A stretch of DNA of 64,000 bases from Bacillota bacterium (GTDB lineage: Bacteria > Bacillota > Limnochordia > Darwinibacteriales > Darwinibacteriaceae). This document shows, piece after piece, positions 17,861 through 26,543 of this stretch. Made by a program: the position numbers and the translations under genes. Location of the stretch: contig JAAYMS010000160.1 of NCBI GenBank assembly GCA_012521295.1, forward strand, positions 20,092 to 84,091. Direction: 5' to 3'. How positions within the stretch are numbered: the stretch's first letter is position 1; each line of letters opens with the position of its first letter. The notes under the pieces are model-generated. The model saw only the letters and a program-made list of their open reading frames with translations, was not told the DNA's origin and did no database searches.

Positions 17861-20349
17861 CCTGTCCCCACCTCCCTACGGCTGATTCCTTGATATGAGC
17901 AATAAGTGCAGATGCGACTGGATGCTGGTTCCGGCGGAAATTCCCCCGCAAAAATCCGTTCCAGTAAAGCGCGAATTGCATCCTTGAAGAACTCCAGCTG
18001 ACGGGCAAAGGCTTCGGGTTCAAGACAATTATCACCCTTGCGCAGAAGGAGCTGTCTGGTGTAATCATCGCGGAAAATTCCGATACGCTTTGCATTCTGC
18101 GTGAGGTAGTAAGCTACTCCGACGTTTTCGGCCTGAGGAATCAACTTCTGTGCGGCTAATAGATAAGTGGCGATCTGAACCTCTTTACCCAGGCGCACGT
18201 CTTTGAGAGTTGGCCCGGTCCCTGTTTTATAGTCGTAAAGGACATAGTTCCCGTTTGGGCCAACGTCGATCCGGTCGATCACTCCCCGCAGCTGTACCGT
18301 CCCAGCGGGAAGCTCAATCTCCAGCCCTCCAAAGCGCTTCTCTAGGTAGATAGGGCGCCAGCCCATCTGTGTCAACTGCAGATCCTTACGAATGAAACGC
18401 CGCATCATCCTCAGCATACGTCCTGGTACCGGCAGGGACAGCGCTTCATAGTGCTCTCTAACAAGCTTCTCGATCTCCAGTTGTCCTTCGGGAATATCAG
18501 GGAGAGGCCCCTGGGCATGGGTTGTCCAAAACTGCTGCAGAATCTCGTGCACAATCCGTCCTTCATCCAAGGCCGATAGTTCCAGAGATTCCTCTTCAAA
18601 AGGCTGCAGTTCTAAGACAAAGGAGCAGAAAAACTGATAGGGGCAGCGGGCATACATGTTCAGCTGAGAGGTACTCAGGCCCTCCTCTAGAATGCGCGCT
18701 CGAATTCGCTCAAGGATCGTCTCATCCCGCAGAATGCCAGATGGATGACTGACGGAATAGGAGCGGCGGCTAGGGCTATCCAGACCAGTCTCACTGCGGC
18801 GCACCTGGCGATCCGCCGGAGGAAGGACGAGCGAAGGTAGGTTCAGTTTGCCTTCATGATCCGTTTCGGGGTAGTATAAATAAACCTGCTTGGCAGAGTT
18901 AGTGATCAGCTTATACACTGTTTCGGCATCATCCACTGCTTTAAGGCGAGTCAGCCAGTGGCGCCGCCCGGTCTTAGGGACAGCACCCTGAATCATGCCG
19001 CCTACATGCAGCGCGGTGAAGCCTGCCGCGCCCAGCCGGCTAATGGGAAGCACCATCACCCGATCAGCTAGAGTTCTCACCGGGTTAATCTGGTAGTTCT
19101 CCGCCAGCAGCGTAAATAGTTGCGCAAAGCGTTCTAAGCTGCTTTCTTCAACCGCCAACGCTAGGTCGTCCAGAATAAACTGCAGGGCATCCCAGCTCTT
19201 GAAAAGTTCAGCACGTTGGAAAAAGTCCTTCACCGGCCAGTTATCCAGTGGGAAGTTAGCTAAGAACTGCTGCAGAGCTTCTGCATGTTCTTTAACAGAT
19301 TGGGTAACAGAGATTTGGCTGAATTCGCGCAGTAGCTCTAAGGCTTTCGCCCAGCCCGAATTGACACCCAAGTATTCGCTCCAGGCGGGCAGTCCTTCTA
19401 AGGGCGGAGCCAGGCGAAGCGCCCGGCGTTCTTCATCAGCTAAGTCAAAAGGCAGGCCCCAGCCGGGAGTAGTTACGAGCTGGAGGTGGCTCTTACTCCA
19501 ACCTTCAACTTCTCCCTGGAGGAGAGCGGCCACAGCCCTTCCCATGGGCAGATCAGCTAGAGTGTCTGCGGGCATGTTCCACGGAATGCCCCATCTCCGA
19601 AACGCGGGAATTAAAAGAGCTTCATACTCCCGAGGTTCCGGGAATGCCACCCCAATCTCACTAGGCTTGATCCCCATTTCCAGCTGGCGCCGGACAGCGG
19701 CCGCTAATTCGTCCACCTCTGTCTGAGGATCAACGGCGGCGGTAACGAACACAGCGGCACTTCGATCCAGTGCGGCGTGTTCCACGAACCCCCTACCCTG
19801 AGCAGCTAGGCTCAAAAACTCCCGCTCTAGAGGCGAGAGTTCCTGCGGCCCGATGAGTTCAATCTGGCTGAAACCCTGGAGGAATGCCGTTCCCCGCCCC
19901 TGCTGCAGAATCTGAATCGCTGTGCGAATCTGGCCGGGGCTGTCCAACACGCCATATTCTTTCAGAAGCGTATGGTAAGAGTGGTGCAGCCGTTCCACTT
20001 CTGTTCGTGCCCCTGCGGGCAGCGCGTCCCATTTCAGCTCACCATAATCTATCTGGCGGATCAGCCACTGGATTTCTTGGGCAAACCCGGAGTAATGAGC
20101 GATGGGGCCAAAAAACTCCAATTCGGGTGAGAGTTGTCCCACTGCTTCCCATACGGCAGCAGCTTCGAGCACCCAATCCTCGCGGTACACTACGGCCCCT
20201 TCCCGCAAGATGCGAGCGGCTAAGGCCTGAAGCGTGATGGGATGATTTTGGCCTTCAGTCTGAAAGGATTTTCGGCGCCAATCCACCAAGAATTGGGGCG
20301 GAACGATCTGCAGCACCCTCATAAAACCACTCCTCTTTTCTACAGCCAA
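17857..20349 (-). CDS. addB: PD-(D/E)xK nuclease family protein, AddB-like subunit
   Basis: 830 aa. C-terminal RecB-like nuclease (GVIDRIDVGPNGNYVLYDYKTG) bracketed by Cys pairs (CPYQFFC and CTYC). It lies immediately upstream of and overlapping the AddA-like gene. No obvious N-terminal Walker A. Confidence 0.65.
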   Translation of the reverse strand: MAVEKRSGFMRVLQIVPPQFLVDWRRKSFQTEGQNHPITLQALAARILREGAVVYREDWVLEAAAVWEAVGQLSPELEFFGPIAHYSGFAQEIQWLIRQIDYGELKWDALPAGARTEVERLHHSYHTLLKEYGVLDSPGQIRTAIQILQQGRGTAFLQGFSQIELIGPQELSPLEREFLSLAAQGRGFVEHAALDRSAAVFVTAAVDPQTEVDELAAAVRRQLEMGIKPSEIGVAFPEPREYEALLIPAFRRWGIPWNMPADTLADLPMGRAVAALLQGEVEGWSKSHLQLVTTPGWGLPFDLADEERRALRLAPPLEGLPAWSEYLGVNSGWAKALELLREFSQISVTQSVKEHAEALQQFLANFPLDNWPVKDFFQRAELFKSWDALQFILDDLALAVEESSLERFAQLFTLLAENYQINPVRTLADRVMVLPISRLGAAGFTALHVGGMIQGAVPKTGRRHWLTRLKAVDDAETVYKLITNSAKQVYLYYPETDHEGKLNLPSLVLPPADRQVRRSETGLDSPSRRSYSVSHPSGILRDETILERIRARILEEGLSTSQLNMYARCPYQFFCSFVLELQPFEEESLELSALDEGRIVHEILQQFWTTHAQGPLPDIPEGQLEIEKLVREHYEALSLPVPGRMLRMMRRFIRKDLQLTQMGWRPIYLEKRFGGLEIELPAGTVQLRGVIDRIDVGPNGNYVLYDYKTGTGPTLKDVRLGKEVQIATYLLAAQKLIPQAENVGVAYYLTQNAKRIGIFRDDYTRQLLLRKGDNCLEPEAFARQLEFFKDAIRALLERIFAGEFPPEPASSRICTYCSYQGISRREVGTG

Positions 20350-22580
20350 ATCGAAACCTCATCCCGGTCCATTTTGGCGATGCATTCCTTCAGTTTGGCA
20401 CTCAAGATTGGATCATCCTCGTGGACTGCGTTGCGGACCTGCCGCAGAAGGTCAATACCACGCCGGAAACCAAAGACTAAGTCGCCTTCGTCAATTAGGG
20501 CCTCTTGGAGTATTGTGCTGAACGGTTCACCGTGACTCCAGCGATAAGCCAGAGCAGCTATGTGATCGTTGAAGGTTACGGTGCTGTAACCTAAGTAGCG
20601 CTCTTCCATCTGCGTGAGAAAATGATAAAGGCGCAGCACCGGACTCATATTTATCTTGTGCTTGACTCGGCTTTCGTTCTTGCGCGGCTCGTAACCGATA
20701 GAAACGCAGATTGCATTCAGCTCCTCGGGCGTATAGGCGTGGAAAAGGCCTTCCATAAACATCTCAACCACCAAGAGCTCGTGCCCGTGAATCTGGCTGG
20801 CCAGCATACCTGCAGCGGTAAGCTTGTCTCCTTCGATATAACCTAAGGCAGTGAGCAGATCCCGCTTGTCGTTAAATTCCTTCAGATAGCGGTTACGAGG
20901 ATCGAGGCCCTGCTCCCGTTCAACTAAGCGAGCATAGCGATTTAGGAGCCTGCGGAAGATGCGCCGCTCGCGCCGGCATGTGCGCGAGTCGAGCCCCTGG
21001 CAGAAATCTCTCTCAATCTTCTCGATCCGCTGCTCAATCGCCCTCAGCTGGGACTTCAACCGTCTCTTCAGCTTGCCGTGCCGTTCCACAGCCAGGCGGT
21101 CTTCGAGAGCCATCCGCTTGCGGACCAGCTCATCGAACACAGGCGGCCCAAAGCGCTCTAACTCCTCCAGCACCATTTCCATCTGAATCTGAATGGCATC
21201 CTGTTCTGCGTATGCCTGGTAAGTAGCGAAGTTCTGCCCCAGGATGCGGTGAATGGTTTTCTCGTCGTAGTTCTTGATTAAGTTCACGACGGAATTATAG
21301 GTCAGGGAAAACTGACTCTTCAGAGGCTCGATTTCATTTTCCTTCATACTCGGAAACTGAGTTGGGTCGAAATAGGTAAGATCGGCAATGGTGAATACGT
21401 ACCCTACCTCGTCAATTCCCCGGCGCCCTGCTCGTCCTGCCATCTGGAAGTACTCGCGGTTGGAAATTGGGCGAAAACTGACTCCATCCCATTTGGTGCT
21501 TGAGTCAAAGCACACAGTCCGGCAGGGGAAGTTCAGCCCCACAGCAAAGGTCTCGGTGCAGTAGAGCACCTTGATGAGGCGCCTTGTGAAGAGCTCTTCT
21601 ACGATGTCTTTCAGGCCGGGCAGCATCCCAGCATGGTGATAAGCTATCCCTTTCATGAGAAGGCGGCGCAGTGCCGGCCAGCGCTCACTCTTAATGGGTG
21701 GGTAGCGCTGGATAACCTCGTCGATGACCTGCCGAACCTGGCGGACTTCTTCTTCGTCGAGGAAGTTGTAGTTATCGCCCAGCTCCAGGGCATTCGCTTC
21801 ACACTTGCGCCTACTGAAAGTGAAGAAGAGGCAGGGCAGATAGTCATCTTTGGTTTTCTCAATCAGATCTAAGTGAGTAGTGGGAACGATGGCGTCGCTA
21901 GTACGCTGGATATGTCTCGGAAGCGAAAGGAAACTGCTGTACTTGCGTTTGATCTTACCAATAGTAGTAAAACCGAGTGAACGTTCAAAGAGGGCATGTT
22001 TTAGAGGAACAACCCGTTCGAAGTGTTTGACGACTGCCACAGGCTGCCCCTGGACACTCTCAATCCAACCTGCAAGCTGATCTACATTGGGAATAGTCGC
22101 ACTCAAGCCTAAGAAACGCATAAACTCAGGCATAAAGATGAGGCTTTCTTCCCAAACACTGCCGCGCTCCGGATCATCGATGTAGTGAATCTCGTCGAAG
22201 ATAACATAGCGCACATCCCGTACCCGCTCCACGTCTTCTTGGAGCATGTTACGGAAGATCTCTGTTGTCATGATCAAAATCGGGGCTTCAGGGTTGATTA
22301 CCACATCACCGGTGAGAATGCCCACTGCCTCTTCGCCCACATGGGCTTTGAACTCTTTAAACTTCTGATTACTCAAGGCCTTGATGGGGGCGGTGTATAC
22401 AACCTTGCCCCCCTCTTTGTAGATCTTCTCGATGACATAGTCGGCCACCAAAGTCTTGCCCACTCCGGTCGGCGCGGCGACCAGCACCGACTGGTTCCGA
22501 TCTATATAAGAGACGGCTTCCTGCTGGAAAGGATCTAACGTGAGTCCCCGATACGTTTGGCGAAGCTCTTGTCGTGTCAA
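20340..22580 (-). CDS. Ski2/Mtr4/HelY-like DEAD/DEAH-box (DExH) superfamily-2 helicase
   Basis: 746 aa with Q-motif and Walker A AAPTGVGKT, YTAPIKALSNQK, TGDVVINPEA, Walker B DEIHY and LSATIPN. The core is strongly Ski2/Mtr4-like, with a helical C-terminal domain. Confidence 0.7.
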   Translation of the reverse strand: MTRQELRQTYRGLTLDPFQQEAVSYIDRNQSVLVAAPTGVGKTLVADYVIEKIYKEGGKVVYTAPIKALSNQKFKEFKAHVGEEAVGILTGDVVINPEAPILIMTTEIFRNMLQEDVERVRDVRYVIFDEIHYIDDPERGSVWEESLIFMPEFMRFLGLSATIPNVDQLAGWIESVQGQPVAVVKHFERVVPLKHALFERSLGFTTIGKIKRKYSSFLSLPRHIQRTSDAIVPTTHLDLIEKTKDDYLPCLFFTFSRRKCEANALELGDNYNFLDEEEVRQVRQVIDEVIQRYPPIKSERWPALRRLLMKGIAYHHAGMLPGLKDIVEELFTRRLIKVLYCTETFAVGLNFPCRTVCFDSSTKWDGVSFRPISNREYFQMAGRAGRRGIDEVGYVFTIADLTYFDPTQFPSMKENEIEPLKSQFSLTYNSVVNLIKNYDEKTIHRILGQNFATYQAYAEQDAIQIQMEMVLEELERFGPPVFDELVRKRMALEDRLAVERHGKLKRRLKSQLRAIEQRIEKIERDFCQGLDSRTCRRERRIFRRLLNRYARLVEREQGLDPRNRYLKEFNDKRDLLTALGYIEGDKLTAAGMLASQIHGHELLVVEMFMEGLFHAYTPEELNAICVSIGYEPRKNESRVKHKINMSPVLRLYHFLTQMEERYLGYSTVTFNDHIAALAYRWSHGEPFSTILQEALIDEGDLVFGFRRGIDLLRQVRNAVHEDDPILSAKLKECIAKMDRDEVSIWL

Positions 22581-24007
22581 ATCGGCCCTCCTGTTCTTAG
22601 TCCCAAAGATACTTCAGCGGCAAAGGCTGACGATGAAACTGTATCGCCCATGCCCACTGTGCTGACAGGGTTTGGCACCACATGGGCAGGGACTAGGATC
22701 ATAATGTGATCTTCTGCTTCCATTATGCCCGTCCTGACAAAATCTTCTTCAACAGGATAGCCTGCGGCTCCAGCTTCTTCTGCAAAGCACTCAAGCTGGG
22801 TAAATCCTATGCTGGACAAAGGAATATCTGCCATCTGAGCAACTGCATCGTAGGGCACCGCTCCTCCCTGCTTGGCCTTGACCGCATTGACCGCTGAAGC
22901 AAATAGACAGGCTCGACGAACATCTTCCGGACTGACGTGATAGGGCTTAGCGATAATAATGATGTAATAACCCAGGTTATGCAGGTGCATCCTTTGAACT
23001 CCAAGCTCCCTCCAAAGGGCGAGGGCACCTTGGTAGAGGCTGAAACTGCGTTCGTTCCGCGCAATTTCCCCTGCTTCTTCCTCAAAACCCAAAGCATCAA
23101 GCACTCGAATGATCTCTGTCTCGTTGATTCCGAAGCTATCAAACCGCGGTACAAGTGTGCGCAGCAGGACTTCTTCCTCAACCGAAGCCGTCATAGGCAC
23201 ATATTCATAGTGCAGCTTGAGCTCGGGATTCTGCGACTTCAGGGCACTGTGCTGCCTGAGGCTGAGTTCCAAAAATTCTTCGAGTGTATCGGCACGGCCC
23301 TCAATGCGGCCGTGATGATAACCAGCCATAAAGCCAACATCGACCGCTGCACCTACTTCAGGCAAGTATGGCTCGATTTCTTCAGAGAAGCCCATGGCGG
23401 CTAAAGGATTACGGGTACCCAGAATCACCCGGTTAGCCCGTACAGTTGTTACTGTCCGATCTCCGAACTGGTAAACGGCATCCTTGGGGTACTCAAATAT
23501 ATAGTTGACTTTGGTCCATGTACTGTTTACCCCTTCGCGGATGGGCACCCACTGCAGGCGCCCCTGCTCGAGTACAGGAAAACGAACCCTTGGATCATAC
23601 ATCTCTGCCTGCAGCTCCGATAGAACCGGGTTGTAGACATAAGCTTGAGCCCCCAGGGCAGCCATCTGATTAGCAATGATACCTGCCTGTCCTCCCATCG
23701 CTTCAGTATGTTCCGGGAAGTATTGGAGGAACCACTCGCCCAGCTCCGCTTGGACTACATCGTAGTATGATTTACCAGCTTCTAGGCATTCTTCTAAGAG
23801 AGTCAGGAACTGTGCTGGAGTGCTGACCGGCCTGCCCGGAACCCGGTGATGCTTTTGCCCCAAGAGTTCTGGATGGGCAGCGGTAATGGCTGCCACGTCC
23901 TCAGGCCGAACATTGATCACCATGTCGACGTTAGCATTAAAAGCTGCAAACACACGACAGTTGATTTGTGTTCTCACTGCCTCACTGAGATAATCAGTCC
24001 ATGTCAT
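22577..24007 (-). CDS. ADP-dependent sugar kinase family protein (ADPGK/ADP-PFK family), paralog B
   Basis: 476 aa with the same hallmark motifs as paralog A (AFNANVDMV, MGGQAGIIANQ, HYEYVP, GINETE, STVGMGDTVSSSAF) at roughly 50% identity. Its stop overlaps the start of the downstream helicase gene. Confidence 0.75.
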   Translation of the reverse strand: MTWTDYLSEAVRTQINCRVFAAFNANVDMVINVRPEDVAAITAAHPELLGQKHHRVPGRPVSTPAQFLTLLEECLEAGKSYYDVVQAELGEWFLQYFPEHTEAMGGQAGIIANQMAALGAQAYVYNPVLSELQAEMYDPRVRFPVLEQGRLQWVPIREGVNSTWTKVNYIFEYPKDAVYQFGDRTVTTVRANRVILGTRNPLAAMGFSEEIEPYLPEVGAAVDVGFMAGYHHGRIEGRADTLEEFLELSLRQHSALKSQNPELKLHYEYVPMTASVEEEVLLRTLVPRFDSFGINETEIIRVLDALGFEEEAGEIARNERSFSLYQGALALWRELGVQRMHLHNLGYYIIIIAKPYHVSPEDVRRACLFASAVNAVKAKQGGAVPYDAVAQMADIPLSSIGFTQLECFAEEAGAAGYPVEEDFVRTGIMEAEDHIMILVPAHVVPNPVSTVGMGDTVSSSAFAAEVSLGLRTGGPI

Positions 24008-24131
24008 CGCTCTGAAGCTCCTTTAAGAATCTCGGACAATGTAGAAAAAAGGGCATGAACGCCCACTATTAATTTCTAAATAACAGCCCGCACATCCTGC
24101 AAAATACTAGGTTTTAGTATCTCCCCAGTTG

Positions 24132-24160
24132 TTGTAAATGATAAATAGAAGGTGTATACT
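24132..24160 (+). promoter_or_regulatory. Candidate sigma-70 promoter for the nifU-like gene
   Basis: TTGTAA, a 17-nt spacer, then TATACT, about 35 nt upstream of the RBS AAGGAGGTG and the ATG at 24195. Confidence 0.4.
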
Positions 24161-24194
24161 AAGAAATAAGTGAAGAAGGCAAGGAGGTGTCCTG

Positions 24195-24422
24195 ATGAGA
24201 GATCGCGTTGAAGCTGTCTTGGATAAGATCCGGCCATCTATTCAGGCTGATGGTGGTAATGTGGAGCTGGTAAACGTCGATGAAGAGAGCAAGGTTGTAA
24301 CCGTGCGGCTGACAGGTGCTTGCGTTGGCTGCCCCATGTCTCAGCTGACGTTGAAAGCTGGTATAGAGAGGATTCTCAAGCACGAAATCCCCGAAATCAC
24401 ATCGGTGGAGGCTGCTATGTAA
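24195..24422 (+). CDS. NifU-like (Nfu) C-terminal domain Fe-S cluster scaffold/carrier protein
   Basis: 75 aa with a CxxC motif (GACVGCP) and the typical Nfu fold sequence VELVNVDEE...VRLTGAC. A strong RBS precedes the ATG. Confidence 0.75.
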   Translation: MRDRVEAVLDKIRPSIQADGGNVELVNVDEESKVVTVRLTGACVGCPMSQLTLKAGIERILKHEIPEITSVEAAM

Positions 24423-24439
24423 CCTATTGCAGAGAATCT

Positions 24440-24469
24440 GGGGAGGACAAACGTTCTCCCCGTTTTTTA
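24440..24469 (+). terminator. Candidate rho-independent terminator or attenuator between the nifU-like gene and queG
   Basis: Hairpin GGGGAGGA-caaacg-TTCTCCCC followed by GTTTTTTAT. Confidence 0.45.
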
Positions 24470-24484
24470 TAGGGTGGTGATTGC

Positions 24485-25519
24485 ATGGATAAGCTGCGCC
24501 GCGCTGCCTGGGAGGCCGGTCTAGACGCCGTGTCTGTAACCCATGTTAAGCCCCAGACATATCTCAAGGAGTTTATGCAAGAAGCCCAAGATGAAGGGCG
24601 CTACTCGCAGTTCGCTGCACCAGACATAGATTTGCGCATCACACCAACTAAAGCTTTTCCGAAAGCGAAGTCCATCATCACTGCTGCCGTGGCTTATAGG
24701 ACTGTTGATCCTGGAACGGCCCCCAAGATGCACGGTACCATTTCTCGCTCGGCATGGGGCCGCGACTACCACAAGGTTCTTAAAGAAGCGTTCACCCGCC
24801 TCATTACTTTTCTACAGGAAGAATACGGCGTAAGGGAGTGGCTGATCGCGGTCGACGATACACCTTTGGTCGAGCGTGCCCTTTCAGCCCAGTCGGGCTT
24901 GGCCATAATCGGCCCTAACTGTGCTGCATATGTGCAGCCGTACGGTTCTTGGGTCTTCTTAGGCGAACTCCTAGTTGACGTGGAGCTCGAACCCTCCTCG
25001 CCAGAAAACACAGGGCCTCCCTGTGACAAGTGTGATCTGCGCTGCGTGAAAGCTTGTCCCACCAATGCCCTAATTGGGCCAGGGCTGATCGATGCCCGCC
25101 GGTGCCTGTCCTACCTCACACAGAAGACAGGTACATTCCCAGAAGAACTGCGGGATCGGTTAGGCAGTAGGCTGTGGGGTTGCGATACTTGTCAGCACGT
25201 CTGCCCCGCTAACCGAGCCGCCCAGAAATCCCGCCACTCTGACTTCGAACCGATCGTTGGCCCCCACTTCCCCTTGATGGAACTCTTGGGCCTAACCAAG
25301 AATGAGTACCAGCAAATCTTTGGGGAAACCAGCATTGCCTGGCGTGGAAAAAACGTACTGCAGCGCAATGCCTGTATAGTACTGGGGAATCAGCGTGCAG
25401 AAGAAGCACTACCGCTCCTCAAGCAGACGGCAGCAGGGCACCCCAGCGAAGTCGTGCGCGAAGCAGCCCAGTGGGCAATAAAAAGAATAACCAGGCCGTC
25501 TAACGTGCCTGGTGCATAA
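24485..25519 (+). CDS. queG: Epoxyqueuosine reductase (tRNA queuosine biosynthesis)
   Basis: 344 aa with two 4Fe-4S ferredoxin-type Cys motifs (CDKCDLRCVKACP; CLSYLTQ...GCDTCQHVCPAN), the cobalamin-binding region and a C-terminal HEAT-like tail, as in QueG. Confidence 0.85.
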   Translation: MDKLRRAAWEAGLDAVSVTHVKPQTYLKEFMQEAQDEGRYSQFAAPDIDLRITPTKAFPKAKSIITAAVAYRTVDPGTAPKMHGTISRSAWGRDYHKVLKEAFTRLITFLQEEYGVREWLIAVDDTPLVERALSAQSGLAIIGPNCAAYVQPYGSWVFLGELLVDVELEPSSPENTGPPCDKCDLRCVKACPTNALIGPGLIDARRCLSYLTQKTGTFPEELRDRLGSRLWGCDTCQHVCPANRAAQKSRHSDFEPIVGPHFPLMELLGLTKNEYQQIFGETSIAWRGKNVLQRNACIVLGNQRAEEALPLLKQTAAGHPSEVVREAAQWAIKRITRPSNVPGA

Positions 25520-26543
25520 TCTCCTCGGTAACCTCTAACACCTGTTCTATATCGGCATCAGTGATCTCGTAATGCGTGACCAGGCGCACAGCTCGGGACT
25601 CTACCAAACCGGCTAGCACTCCAACCTGACGCCACTTCTCCACCAGCCGGTGGCTGTCCAGGTCCCCGGCGGTGATGTCTACAATCACAATATTGGTCTG
25701 AACTTCTCCCCGCACTCTCAGCCCGGGGATTTTATTGATTCCCTCGCCTAATTTGCGTGCTCGGCGATGGTCTTCAGCCAGCTTCTTGGGCATTTCGGTG
25801 AGTGCGGTCAGCCCTGCCGCGGCCAATACTCCGGCCTGACGCATCCCACCGCCCAGTATTCTTCGAACTAGGCGGGCTTTTTCTATGAAATCCGCCGGCC
25901 CAGCCAGGACTGAGCCCACAGGAGCTGCTAGACCCTTGGACAGGCAGAGCATCACCGAATCGAAGGGCTCAGCCAAGCGTTCCGGAGCCAGGTTCTGATA
26001 GACCGCCGCATTCATGAGGCGCGCACCGTCAAGATGCGTCTTCAGCCCCATCTCTTTCGCATAGGCAGTCACTTTTTCAACTTCCTCTTGGGGCAGCACT
26101 AAGCCACCCGCTCTATTATGCGTGTTCTCCAGGCAGAAGAGAGCTGCCGGTGCGAACTGGAGATTCAGCAAACGCAGAGCTGCCTGCAGCTGCTCCAGTC
26201 TGATCATTCCATCTGGAGTATCAATGAGGCGCGGTGTCAAGCCAGCTAAGCGGGCTAGTCCACCTGCTTCATAGTAATAAATGTGAGCGTTGGCTTCTAG
26301 GATCACTTCCTGTCCAGGATGCGTGTGAGACATAAGGGCAACTAGATTGCCCATGGTACCGCTGCTCACAAACAGGGCTGATTCCTTGCCCAACAACGAC
26401 GCCGCGGTCTGCTCGAGAAGCTGCACCGTTGGGTCTTCCCGGTAGGCATCGTCTCCAACCTCAGCCATGGCCATCGCCTCGCGCATGGCCGGGGTTGGTT
26501 GAGTTACTGTGTCACTCCGCAGATCAATGACGTGATTTTCCAT
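25500..26543 (-). CDS. ltaE: Low-specificity L-threonine aldolase (beta-eliminating lyase family, PLP-dependent)
   Basis: DLRSDTVTQPT near the N-terminus and full-length similarity to the threonine aldolase family. The start was set to the internal ATG (MENHVIDLRSDTV), since the longer ORF would overlap the upstream gene by about 140 nt. Confidence 0.8.
   Translation of the reverse strand: MENHVIDLRSDTVTQPTPAMREAMAMAEVGDDAYREDPTVQLLEQTAASLLGKESALFVSSGTMGNLVALMSHTHPGQEVILEANAHIYYYEAGGLARLAGLTPRLIDTPDGMIRLEQLQAALRLLNLQFAPAALFCLENTHNRAGGLVLPQEEVEKVTAYAKEMGLKTHLDGARLMNAAVYQNLAPERLAEPFDSVMLCLSKGLAAPVGSVLAGPADFIEKARLVRRILGGGMRQAGVLAAAGLTALTEMPKKLAEDHRRARKLGEGINKIPGLRVRGEVQTNIVIVDITAGDLDSHRLVEKWRQVGVLAGLVESRAVRLVTHYEITDADIEQVLEVTEEIMHQAR

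Noticed and set aside
20340-22580. Considered the 746-aa DExH helicase as an archaeal-type Hel308 or a defence-system (Hachiman/DISARM-like) helicase
   Set aside because: Core motifs (YTAPIKALSNQK, TGDVVINPEA, LSATIPN) match the Ski2/Mtr4/HelY RNA-helicase clade specifically. No partner defence genes (DUF1998, PLD nuclease, methylase) are adjacent, and its neighbours are AddAB-type repair genes.
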